A DNA stretch of 64,000 nucleotides from Patescibacteria group bacterium (GTDB taxonomy: Bacteria; Patescibacteriota; Patescibacteriia; PEXW01): contig JBBTVB010000003.1 of assembly GCA_038063455.1 (NCBI GenBank), positions 1,714 to 65,713 on the forward strand, read 5' to 3'. The notes beneath the pieces were generated by a model. The model was not told the DNA's origin. It saw nothing but the letters and a program-made list of their open reading frames with translations, and did not search any database. How positions within the stretch are numbered: position 1 is the first letter of the stretch; each line of letters starts with the position of its first letter. Both the position numbers and the translations under genes were made by a program. This document shows, piece after piece, positions 52,067 to 59,564 of the stretch.

Positions 52067-53743
52067 ATGGCAGACGCCCACCTTCAAGTTGCACCCGAAG
52101 AAGCGCAGGAAAAATTTCGGGACAAGATGACGGAGATCACACTCAAAGAACAAGAGCAATCGGTGCAACGCCGGGCGCAGGAACTCGGTATTGGGTACAT
52201 TAACCTGAAGGGCTTTCCTATTGGCCCCGAAGTGCTTACCTTAGTACCAGAGAACGTGGCCCGCGACCTGCAGGCGCTCTGTTTTTTCCACCAAGACGGC
52301 CAAGCGCGCGTTGGTGCCACCGACCCGGCGAACGAGCATGTTCTGACGCTCATGGAGAACCTTACGGCTGACCTGCACGCGAATGTGGAGCCCTACATTA
52401 TTTCCCAGCACAGCTTTGACCAGGCCGCCAAACTCTACGCGGCCGTGCCAAAAATTAAAAAGTTTACGGCCGGCGTGCAAATTCGGCCCGAAGACATTAC
52501 CGACTTTCAAAAAGGCCTCACCTCTATCCGCGACCTGGACGCCAAGTTGAAGACGATCTCGCTGACCCAGGTTATTACCGCGCTCATTGCTGGGGCCATT
52601 GTTGGCCGGGCGTCGGACATCCACATCGAGGCCGAGGAGCACGATGTGAAAGTCCGCTACCGTATTGACGGTGTGCTGCACGAAGTGGCTCGCTTGCCCG
52701 CCGAGAGCTGGAAGAAAATTATTTCCCGCATCAAGCTGCTGGCGCACCTCAAGCTGAATATCACCACCAAGCCACAGGACGGCCGTTTTACCATCTACCT
52801 CGATAAAGAGACCGTAGAGGTCCGCGTCTCGGCATTGCCCACGGCCTATGGCGAGAGCGTGGTCATGCGGCTGCTCATGTCATCTTCGGTCGGGCTCAAG
52901 CTGGATGACCTGGGCATGCGTGGCAATGCGCTGGCCCTCATTAAGAAGCAGGTGCTGCGCCCCAACGGCATGATTCTAACCACTGGCCCCACCGGCTCCG
53001 GAAAAACGACCACACTCTACGCGTTCATGACCCAGCTCAATACGCCAGACACGAATATCATTACGTTAGAAAATCCGGTGGAATACCACCTAGCGGGCGT
53101 GAACCAGAGCCAGGTAGATGACGTGGGTGGCTACACTTTTGCCAAAGGCCTGCGCTCCGTGCTGCGCCAAGACCCCGACGTAGTTATGGTCGGCGAAATC
53201 CGCGACGGCGAGACTGCCGAGATTGCCACGAATGCCGCACTCACCGGCCACGTCGTGCTTTCCACCCTACATACGAATGATGCTGCCGGGGCGATCCCCC
53301 GCTTGCTCGCGCTGGGCGTTAAACCCTTTCTACTCGCCCCGGCCATGAATGCAATTATTGCCCAACGGCTGGTGCGTCGCATTTGCCAAGACTGCAAAGC
53401 GCCAACCGAGCTGGATGATGAAACGCGTGATCGGGTGGTCACGGCGCTGCGCGAGATTGCCCCAGCCAGCGGCGAGAATGTTGACCTGGAAAAGCTGACC
53501 TTCTACAAAGGCCAAGGTTGCGAGCAGTGCCAGCACATTGGTTACAAGGGTCGGATTGGGATTTACGAAGTGCTGACCATGAACGAAGAAATTGAAAAAA
53601 TCGTCTTATCGAATCAGGTGTCGGAGTACGACATTCGGGCCATTGCCAAAAAAGCCGGCATGGTGACCATGGTGCAAGATGGGTTGCTCAAGGCGCTCGA
53701 AGGCATTACGACGGTAAACGAGGTGTTTGAGGTGGCGGAATAA
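52067..53743 (+). CDS. pilB: PilB/GspE-family type IV pilus / type II secretion assembly ATPase
   Basis: Track ORF 51953-53743. Start at MADAHLQV (52067). T2SSE N-domain, ASDIHIE, GPTGSGKTTTLYA, VMVGEIRD, tetracysteine CQDC...CEQC. Confidence 0.9.
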   Translation: MADAHLQVAPEEAQEKFRDKMTEITLKEQEQSVQRRAQELGIGYINLKGFPIGPEVLTLVPENVARDLQALCFFHQDGQARVGATDPANEHVLTLMENLTADLHANVEPYIISQHSFDQAAKLYAAVPKIKKFTAGVQIRPEDITDFQKGLTSIRDLDAKLKTISLTQVITALIAGAIVGRASDIHIEAEEHDVKVRYRIDGVLHEVARLPAESWKKIISRIKLLAHLKLNITTKPQDGRFTIYLDKETVEVRVSALPTAYGESVVMRLLMSSSVGLKLDDLGMRGNALALIKKQVLRPNGMILTTGPTGSGKTTTLYAFMTQLNTPDTNIITLENPVEYHLAGVNQSQVDDVGGYTFAKGLRSVLRQDPDVVMVGEIRDGETAEIATNAALTGHVVLSTLHTNDAAGAIPRLLALGVKPFLLAPAMNAIIAQRLVRRICQDCKAPTELDDETRDRVVTALREIAPASGENVDLEKLTFYKGQGCEQCQHIGYKGRIGIYEVLTMNEEIEKIVLSNQVSEYDIRAIAKKAGMVTMVQDGLLKALEGITTVNEVFEVAE

Positions 53744-53748
53744 AAAGA

Positions 53749-53780
53749 GGCAGGCGCTATGATATACGCCTGCTTGTCTT
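53749..53780. terminator. Shared hairpin between the convergent pilB-type gene and the 76-aa gene
   Basis: GCAGGCG (53750-53756) / CGCCTGC (53767-53773). The T-run is better on the minus strand (forward AAAAA at 53742-53746). Confidence 0.55.
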
Positions 53781-54010
53781 TAGTTCGCTTCCGGCTTGAA
53801 GTTAACATCGAGCATGAAGCAAACGTTTTCCTTCGTGTTGCTTAGCATCTCGATTTCGACGCCTGGAATGTTCAGCTTCTGTTTTTGGCCCGTACGGAGG
53901 GCGAGGACGAATGGCAGCGAAAGCTCGAATGCTTGTCGCAAAAGCGCTGCGCGTGGGTCTGGCGCGACGGCTTCGGTTTCGGTTGCCTGAGGAGCGATTT
54001 GAGGCTGCAT
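53780..54010 (-). CDS. Hypothetical small protein (76 aa)
   Basis: SD AAAGGGGG (forward 54018-54025) 7 nt before the ATG. Upstream promoter-like TTGACA (54084-54089) and TATACT (54063-54068) on the minus strand, with only a 15-nt spacer. Confidence 0.55.
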   Translation of the reverse strand: MQPQIAPQATETEAVAPDPRAALLRQAFELSLPFVLALRTGQKQKLNIPGVEIEMLSNTKENVCFMLDVNFKPEAN

Positions 54011-54097
54011 TCGCTAACCCCCTTTGGTTTTCCGGGGGCGGCATGCCCCCAGGTTTGCCCCTAGTATAGCGCGTCTGTGGTGGTGTCAAGGCTTGAT

Positions 54098-54131
54098 CCC
54101 GCACCACTTTTACTCTGAAAAGTGGTGCGGG
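54098..54131. promoter_or_regulatory. Perfect 14-bp-arm palindrome between two divergent promoters
   Basis: CCCGCACCACTTTT (54098-54111) / AAAAGTGGTGCGGG (54118-54131), 6-nt spacer. Flanked by the minus-strand -35 (54084-54089) and the plus-strand promoter TTGACA (54133-54138)-17-TATGAT (54156-54161). Confidence 0.55.
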
Positions 54132-54196
54132 GTTGACATGCGGCGACAGCAATGATATGATGCACGGCCATAAACACACAACAAAAGAGGCGCCCG

Positions 54197-54358
54197 ATGC
54201 AGGATAAGAACCGCAAGGACGCGGGCGCTAAAAAAACGCCCGCAAAAATAGTGCCCGTACAAACCCCCACGGGCTCAAAAGTAAATTTTCACTCCACGGA
54301 TGCGCCCCGCCGTCGTCGGAAGCAACGAAAGACTATGCTGCCCGTCGATGATGACTAA
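54197..54358 (+). CDS. Candidate small basic protein (53 aa), not in the ORF track
   Basis: Hand translation MQDKNRKDAGAKKTPAKIVPVQTPTGSKVNFHSTDAPRRRRKQRKTMLPVDDD*. SD AAGAGG (54185-54190) 6 nt before the ATG, with its own TTGACA-17-TATGAT promoter. The 3' end overlaps the convergent 349-aa gene by 26 nt. Confidence 0.35.
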   Translation: MQDKNRKDAGAKKTPAKIVPVQTPTGSKVNFHSTDAPRRRRKQRKTMLPVDDD

Positions 54359-55382
54359 GTGTCTGGACTGTGCGATCAGCTATCAAGGTGTCTGGATTTT
54401 CCCCGGCACCTTTTTCATTGCGGACCGAAACAATTTGGGCTAGCGTTTCGTTTAGCACTTCTACATTTTTCCCCCAGTCACCATCTACCTGCTCCAGGCG
54501 CGCGTGGTCTTGCTGCAACACCTCTTGGAGCGCAGCAATGTGCTCACGGGATAGTCCGGTATCTTCGCTTTCGTTGGGCAAGCGCTGTTCCCAATCAGCA
54601 AAAGCCTCGAGAATTTTTGGCGGATCGTGTCGAACGTCAAAACGTTTCCCCAGCGCTTCAACAGCAGCCGCAAGTTGCTCGCGCAGTTGCCCCTCAATTT
54701 CAGTCAGGAGTGCGTGCTGCAAGTGGTGCTCCCCTAAACCGCGTTTGCCACCCTTTTCAAAGACGGTAGCAAAGGCTTCGGTGAGTTGCTTTGCGTTTTC
54801 CGCATTAGCCCCAATGACCACGCGCGGCATGCTGGTCATGCCACGCTTTTGTACTTGCCCATCCAATTTGCCTGGGGTGTCGAAATACTTCAGCGTTGCA
54901 AGCTTCCCGTGCTTTATGTCCTGGCGCGAGCGTTCAGTTTTATGGTCCAGCGCCGCCGCGTCTTCCGTGGTAGTCGCATCTACAGCTAGGATAATTGACT
55001 CGGCATCTTCCCGTGTGAACACCACCACAAAGTCAACGCCATGTCGGATATCATCGTAGCGAGATGCAGGGATAACCTCTGCATCAGGGCCTAGCCAGTC
55101 GTATGCGACAATACCTTCCATGGTGCCGTAGTACATGCCGGTCGCCGCTTCGCCTTCTCGGGCGCTATCAAACTGTTGTTCTTCTTTTTCGCGGACGTAG
55201 GCAAGATCAGCTTCCACTTCTTCCGTGCTGTAGGGTTTGCGGTTACCAAAGCTTGCTTCACGGATGCGCGCCTTTCGCCAGGGCGCTACAATTTCTCGAT
55301 CAAAGGTTTCGTTACCACTCGTCTCGCGGTGTTTGAGCAACATGGTCTCGGGCGTGGCACCGCGTTGGTAGAAGTCCCGCAT
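54333..55382 (-). CDS. Hypothetical protein (349 aa), co-transcribed with valS
   Basis: Starts 2 nt after the valS stop. Acidic, helical C-terminal half. No family recognised. Confidence 0.6.
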   Translation of the reverse strand: MRDFYQRGATPETMLLKHRETSGNETFDREIVAPWRKARIREASFGNRKPYSTEEVEADLAYVREKEEQQFDSAREGEAATGMYYGTMEGIVAYDWLGPDAEVIPASRYDDIRHGVDFVVVFTREDAESIILAVDATTTEDAAALDHKTERSRQDIKHGKLATLKYFDTPGKLDGQVQKRGMTSMPRVVIGANAENAKQLTEAFATVFEKGGKRGLGEHHLQHALLTEIEGQLREQLAAAVEALGKRFDVRHDPPKILEAFADWEQRLPNESEDTGLSREHIAALQEVLQQDHARLEQVDGDWGKNVEVLNETLAQIVSVRNEKGAGENPDTLIADRTVQTLSHHRRAA

Positions 55383-55384
55383 AG

Positions 55385-57970
55385 CTAGCTGGTTAGTTGC
55401 CGAAGCTTCGCTTTTGCCTCATCCAGTTTTTTTTGCTCCCCCGCCACGACGCTCGTTGGCGCGTTTTTGGCGAACGCTTGGTTAGCGAGCTTACGCTCTA
55501 AAGCCTGGATGTACTGTTGCAGGCTGGCAGCCCCTTTTTGAACTTCCGCGGTATCTCTTTTCACTGCAAGGAAGAAGAAGTTGACTCCACTAATGTGACC
55601 ATCCGGTTTACTTGATGTTTGCCGCTCCGCTTCAATTTTTTCAGGAAAGATTACTCTTGCGAGCGCCTGGAAAGTCCCTGCGTGCTGCACGAACAAGGAC
55701 TTTATCTTCATTGAACCCTTAAGGACAACCGGTTCAATAATATGAGGTGGAATTTTTTTGATTGCCCGAATATTGCGCATTTGCGTAACTGCATCCTGAA
55801 TAATCTGAAATTCCTTCGTAGCTATGGTTTTTTGAGTTTTGGCTTTGGGCCAAGCCTGAATCATCAGCATATCCTCGTTGGCTTTTCCATGGCGTTTCTC
55901 CCACAAGGCTTCGGTCACGAACGGGGCAAAGGGGTGCAGCAGCTTGAGCACGGTTTCGTACGCCTCAATAAGCAGTACAGTATTTGGCTGGATTTTCTGG
56001 ATTTCCACGTACCAGTCGGCCAGTTCGTGCCACACAAAGTCATAGAGTGCTTGGCCAGCTTCGGAGAGTTTGTTGCGCTGGAGGTTTTTTGTTACCTCGG
56101 TAATCAGCCAGTTCGTCCGCTCCCTTATCCACTTGTCCGCGAGGGAAATTCGACTACCCCCCTGCCCCCCTCCTCGGACAGGAGGGGGTGTGCGCTGTAG
56201 ACTCTCCTGTCGCTCCACAAAGTTCCCAATGTTCCACAGCTTATTGATGAAGTTGCGGTAGCCGGCAATCTTTTCCTCGCTCAAGCGGAAGTCCTGGCCC
56301 GGCGTGGTGCCCAGAATCAACGACAAGCGGATAGCATCCGTACCGTACTTCTCGGCCATGGGCAGCGGATCAATGCCCGTGCCTTTGCTCTTGGACATTT
56401 TCTTGCCGTGCTTATCCAGCACCAAGCCGTGAATGTACACTGTCTTAAATGGTACCTGCTTGGTGAATTTAAGGGAGAGCATGATCATTCGTGCCACCCA
56501 GAAGAACAGAATATCCCAGCCGGTTTCCATGACATTCGTTGGGTGGAAGGTTTGTAGGTCCTTGGTGTTTTTTGGCCAGCCCAGTGTGGAGAAGGTCCAC
56601 AAGCCGGAACTGAACCACGTGTCGAGCGTGTCTTGGTCTTGCACGAAGTGGACGCCTTTGCAGGTGGCGCACTTCTTTGGTTCGGTTACCGAGGCAACGG
56701 GCTTGCAGTCCTTGTCCATTTCATTGCGGCAGTACCACACCGGAATCTGGTGGCCCCACCACAGCTGACGCGAGATGCACCAGTCGCGGATGTTATGCAT
56801 CCAGTGGAAGTACACTTTGTCGAAGCGCTTGGGAATAAGCTGGATTTTCCCAGACTTTACAGCTGTAATAGCCGGCTTGGCCAAGGGCTGCATGGACATA
56901 AACCACTGCTTGCTCAACAGCGGTTGCACCACGGAGTTGCAGCGCTCGCAGTGCGGCACGTTGGCGGTATGGGGTTCGGTCTTTACCAGCAGGCCTTTGG
57001 CTTGGAGGTCGGCTACAATACTATCCCGCGCCTCGGTCACCAGCATGCCGGCATACTTGCCCGCGAGTTTGGTCATGCGGTTGTCCTCACCAATCACCTG
57101 CTTGATTTCCAGGTGGTGGCGCTCACCCATTTCCCAATCGGCCGGGTCGTGCGCCGGCGTAACTTTCACCACACCCGTCCCAAATTTCGGGTCAACCAGT
57201 TTATCGGCAACTACGGGTAAGGTCAGCTCGCCAGTCTCGGTGGCAAAGGTTATTTTTTTGCCAATGTACTTGGCGTAGCGTTTATCCGTTGGGTGCACAG
57301 CAAGTGCTGTATCGCCCACCTTGGTTTCGGGGCGGGTGGTGGCCACGGTGAATGGGCCGTAGGTAAGGTAGTAGAGGTGGCCGGCTTCTTGCACGTGTTT
57401 CACTTCCAAATCCGAGAGGGCGGTTTGGCAGCGGCTGCACCAGTGAATCAGGCGTTCACCACGATAAATGAGTCCCTCATCAAAAAGTTGGATGAAGGCT
57501 TTTTGCACGGCCAAGGTTAGGGCCGGGTCCATGGTAAAGTGCTCGCGGCTCCAGTCGCAGCTGGCGCCCAGCGCGCGCACCTGGTCGGTAATGCGGTCAC
57601 CATGCTTTTGCTTCCAGGCCCAGACATGTTTCAAAAACGTTTCCCGGCCAATTTCATGGCGGCTTATCCCCTCCTTCTGCAGCAAACGTTCCACCATAAT
57701 TTGCGTGGCAATGCCGGCGTGGTCCGTGCCCGGCACCCACAAGGCCTTTTCGCCGAGCATGCGATGGAAGCGCGTGAGAATATCTTGCACGCTCACACCC
57801 ACGGCATGGCCCAGGTGCAGCTCGCCGGTCACGTTGGGCGGAGGCATGGCAATGCTAAAGGCGTTCGTTCTTTTTCCGGGCAGGTTATCCGGATTGAAAT
57901 AGCCGGACGCCTCCCACCGTTTGTAGATGGGCTGTTCAACGCCGAGTGGATTGTACGCTTCGGATGCCAT
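55385..57970 (-). CDS. valS: Valine--tRNA ligase
   Basis: PPPNVTGELHLGHA (HIGH), KMSKSKGT (KMSKS), editing-domain signature TRPETKVGDTA, C-terminal coiled coil. Confidence 0.97.
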   Translation of the reverse strand: MASEAYNPLGVEQPIYKRWEASGYFNPDNLPGKRTNAFSIAMPPPNVTGELHLGHAVGVSVQDILTRFHRMLGEKALWVPGTDHAGIATQIMVERLLQKEGISRHEIGRETFLKHVWAWKQKHGDRITDQVRALGASCDWSREHFTMDPALTLAVQKAFIQLFDEGLIYRGERLIHWCSRCQTALSDLEVKHVQEAGHLYYLTYGPFTVATTRPETKVGDTALAVHPTDKRYAKYIGKKITFATETGELTLPVVADKLVDPKFGTGVVKVTPAHDPADWEMGERHHLEIKQVIGEDNRMTKLAGKYAGMLVTEARDSIVADLQAKGLLVKTEPHTANVPHCERCNSVVQPLLSKQWFMSMQPLAKPAITAVKSGKIQLIPKRFDKVYFHWMHNIRDWCISRQLWWGHQIPVWYCRNEMDKDCKPVASVTEPKKCATCKGVHFVQDQDTLDTWFSSGLWTFSTLGWPKNTKDLQTFHPTNVMETGWDILFFWVARMIMLSLKFTKQVPFKTVYIHGLVLDKHGKKMSKSKGTGIDPLPMAEKYGTDAIRLSLILGTTPGQDFRLSEEKIAGYRNFINKLWNIGNFVERQESLQRTPPPVRGGGQGGSRISLADKWIRERTNWLITEVTKNLQRNKLSEAGQALYDFVWHELADWYVEIQKIQPNTVLLIEAYETVLKLLHPFAPFVTEALWEKRHGKANEDMLMIQAWPKAKTQKTIATKEFQIIQDAVTQMRNIRAIKKIPPHIIEPVVLKGSMKIKSLFVQHAGTFQALARVIFPEKIEAERQTSSKPDGHISGVNFFFLAVKRDTAEVQKGAASLQQYIQALERKLANQAFAKNAPTSVVAGEQKKLDEAKAKLRQLTS

Positions 57971-57979
57971 AGTGCACTC

Positions 57980-57985
57980 ATCCTA
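57980..57985 (-). promoter_or_regulatory. -10-like TAGGAT, 9 nt before valS ATG
   Basis: Forward ATCCTA 57980-57985. ATG A at 57970. Confidence 0.35.
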
Positions 57986-57996
57986 GCAGCGTCTGG

Positions 57997-58025
57997 TTGA
58001 CATTTCCAGTGGTTTTTCGTACAAT
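57997..58025 (+). promoter_or_regulatory. Near-consensus promoter TTGACA-17-TACAAT
   Basis: TTGACA 57997-58002, 17-nt spacer, TACAAT 58020-58025. About 80-nt leader to the SD-led gene at 58112. Confidence 0.7.
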
Positions 58026-58111
58026 AATCCATTCTTTGAAAAATGCCCAAACATGGGACCGACCCTTACCGGATGTGAGGAAAAAAACAAAGCGAAAGGA
58101 GGGTGATAACA

Positions 58112-58729
58112 ATGGGCGCATTGATTACACCCGGACAGGAAAAACAACTGCGACGAATGCTAGTGGATGCAGTGGAAAATGGCGTAACGGAAGCCATTGA
58201 AAGTATCCCATTGGACCACTACATGGCGCAGACATTTCTGGAACAAGGAGACATGCTAACGAAAGCGTTGCTGAGCGATCTGCTAAAGCACGCCAAGCTG
58301 CTTGCGATGACGAGCAAGCATCGTGTCGATCTGAATGTTGATCCCATTGTGCCTGAGGGGTATACAGTAAAAGTACATCGCAAAGGTGGTATTTTTTACT
58401 ACGACAAGGAAAGGGTTGCGATCTACTATGCACCTGTACAAGCAATAGGCCGATCGGTTGGCGGCGCGGTATTTCTTGAAGCGTTCGCTGGTAAGGAGCC
58501 ATTTAATGCATGCCTCTTCGACTATTTGCTCTTGCATCCTGAGTTACCACGACCTATTGGACTCAACCTAGTGTTCTTGGGGACAGTGTTTCTAGACAAA
58601 TGGCGGAAAGAACATGTTCGTTTTTTACGCGTTGACCAATATGCATACGTGCATTATGGGATGCTACCATTCGATTTCAATTTTTTACATGATTGCCCAG
58701 CACTCATAAAAAAAGCATCGCCACATTGA
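58112..58729 (+). CDS. Hypothetical protein (205 aa)
   Basis: SD AAAGGAGGG (58095-58103) before ATG 58112 (the track starts at GTG 58103). AT-richer. No family recognised. Confidence 0.55.
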   Translation: MGALITPGQEKQLRRMLVDAVENGVTEAIESIPLDHYMAQTFLEQGDMLTKALLSDLLKHAKLLAMTSKHRVDLNVDPIVPEGYTVKVHRKGGIFYYDKERVAIYYAPVQAIGRSVGGAVFLEAFAGKEPFNACLFDYLLLHPELPRPIGLNLVFLGTVFLDKWRKEHVRFLRVDQYAYVHYGMLPFDFNFLHDCPALIKKASPH

Positions 58730-58741
58730 CATTGCTCGTTT

Positions 58742-58775
58742 ACCCAGCATTTCATCTGAGATGCTGGGTTTTTAT
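58742..58775 (+). terminator. Rho-independent terminator
   Basis: ACCCAGCAT (58742-58750) / ATGCTGGGT (58761-58769), then TTTTT. Confidence 0.8.
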
Positions 58776-58830
58776 TATCTTCCCATTTCCCACACCGGGT
58801 TCACGTCGAGCTTTTTACTTGGGCTAGATG
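58775..58830 (-). pseudogene. Remnant copy of the tsaD 3' end
   Basis: The minus-strand translation SPSKKLDVNPVWEMGR* matches the TsaD C-terminus TPWQKLDVNPVWEVGR*. About 32 of 39 nt are identical to 59565-59603 by hand alignment. Confidence 0.6.
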
Positions 58831-58841
58831 CCGCGCGTCTC

Positions 58842-59366
58842 CTATTCAACTCTGTCGACGTACTTGCTCAGATCTTTTGTCAGTGCCCACCAAAGCGATG
58901 TCTTGGTCGTGCTGGGTAGAGGTGCTGCGGGTATGGTCAACGTGTCGTCCTGCAACTCCGCATAGGTAAATTTTCCCGGGGCGAAAAGGTATACGTACGC
59001 TGGGTAGTCTGGATTCGGGTGTTTGAGGAAGTTAATGGCACCATCCTTGTTTACAACCTCTCGTAGAAACAGCGCTTGTCGGTAGTCATTGTTTGGCGTC
59101 TGGAATGGGTCGCTAGCCGGCGCGAGTGCGCTGTAGGCGTAGAAGCGGAACGTGCCCGCGAATGTCGGGCTGGCCTTGTAGTAGACGCACAGGGTGGCTC
59201 CGTAGAAACCCAGAAGTGCGAAGAGCCCAGCAATCGCAAGACCAGTTTTTTTCCAGGCGGTCACGCGCACCTTCACAATCATCCAAACAACACCCGCAAA
59301 CGCAAGAATGAATATTGGGAGGAGGACGTATAGGAAGAAGGTGTTCGTGCCGAGATTTGGGTCCAT
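58842..59366 (-). CDS. Hypothetical membrane protein (174 aa)
   Basis: Two N-terminal TM segments, then a soluble domain. No family recognised. Confidence 0.55.
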   Translation of the reverse strand: MDPNLGTNTFFLYVLLPIFILAFAGVVWMIVKVRVTAWKKTGLAIAGLFALLGFYGATLCVYYKASPTFAGTFRFYAYSALAPASDPFQTPNNDYRQALFLREVVNKDGAINFLKHPNPDYPAYVYLFAPGKFTYAELQDDTLTIPAAPLPSTTKTSLWWALTKDLSKYVDRVE

Positions 59367-59456
59367 ATGTTTTGGTGATTAGTGATGAATGACGTAGTAG
59401 TGCGGCTGTGTATAGTATACGTCTCTGCTTCCCTATCTCCCACTTTGGTTATTTAT

Positions 59457-59560
59457 TTGTCATCCCGAGCCCCGCACATGCGGGACGAGGGATCTCGCAT
59501 TTTGGAGAGTCATAAATTCGAGATTCCTCCCCCTCGATAAACTCGGGGTCGGAATGACAA
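59457..59560. repeat. 104-nt inverted-repeat / nested-stem element
   Basis: Terminal arms TTGTCAT+CCCGAG (59457-59469) vs CTCGGG...ATGACAA (59542-59560). Inner 11-bp stem GAGGGATCTCG (59487-59497) / CGAGATTCCTC (59519-59529) with one G-U. Small hairpin CCCGC-ACAT-GCGGG (59471-59484). Confidence 0.5.
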
Positions 59561-59564
59561 GAGG

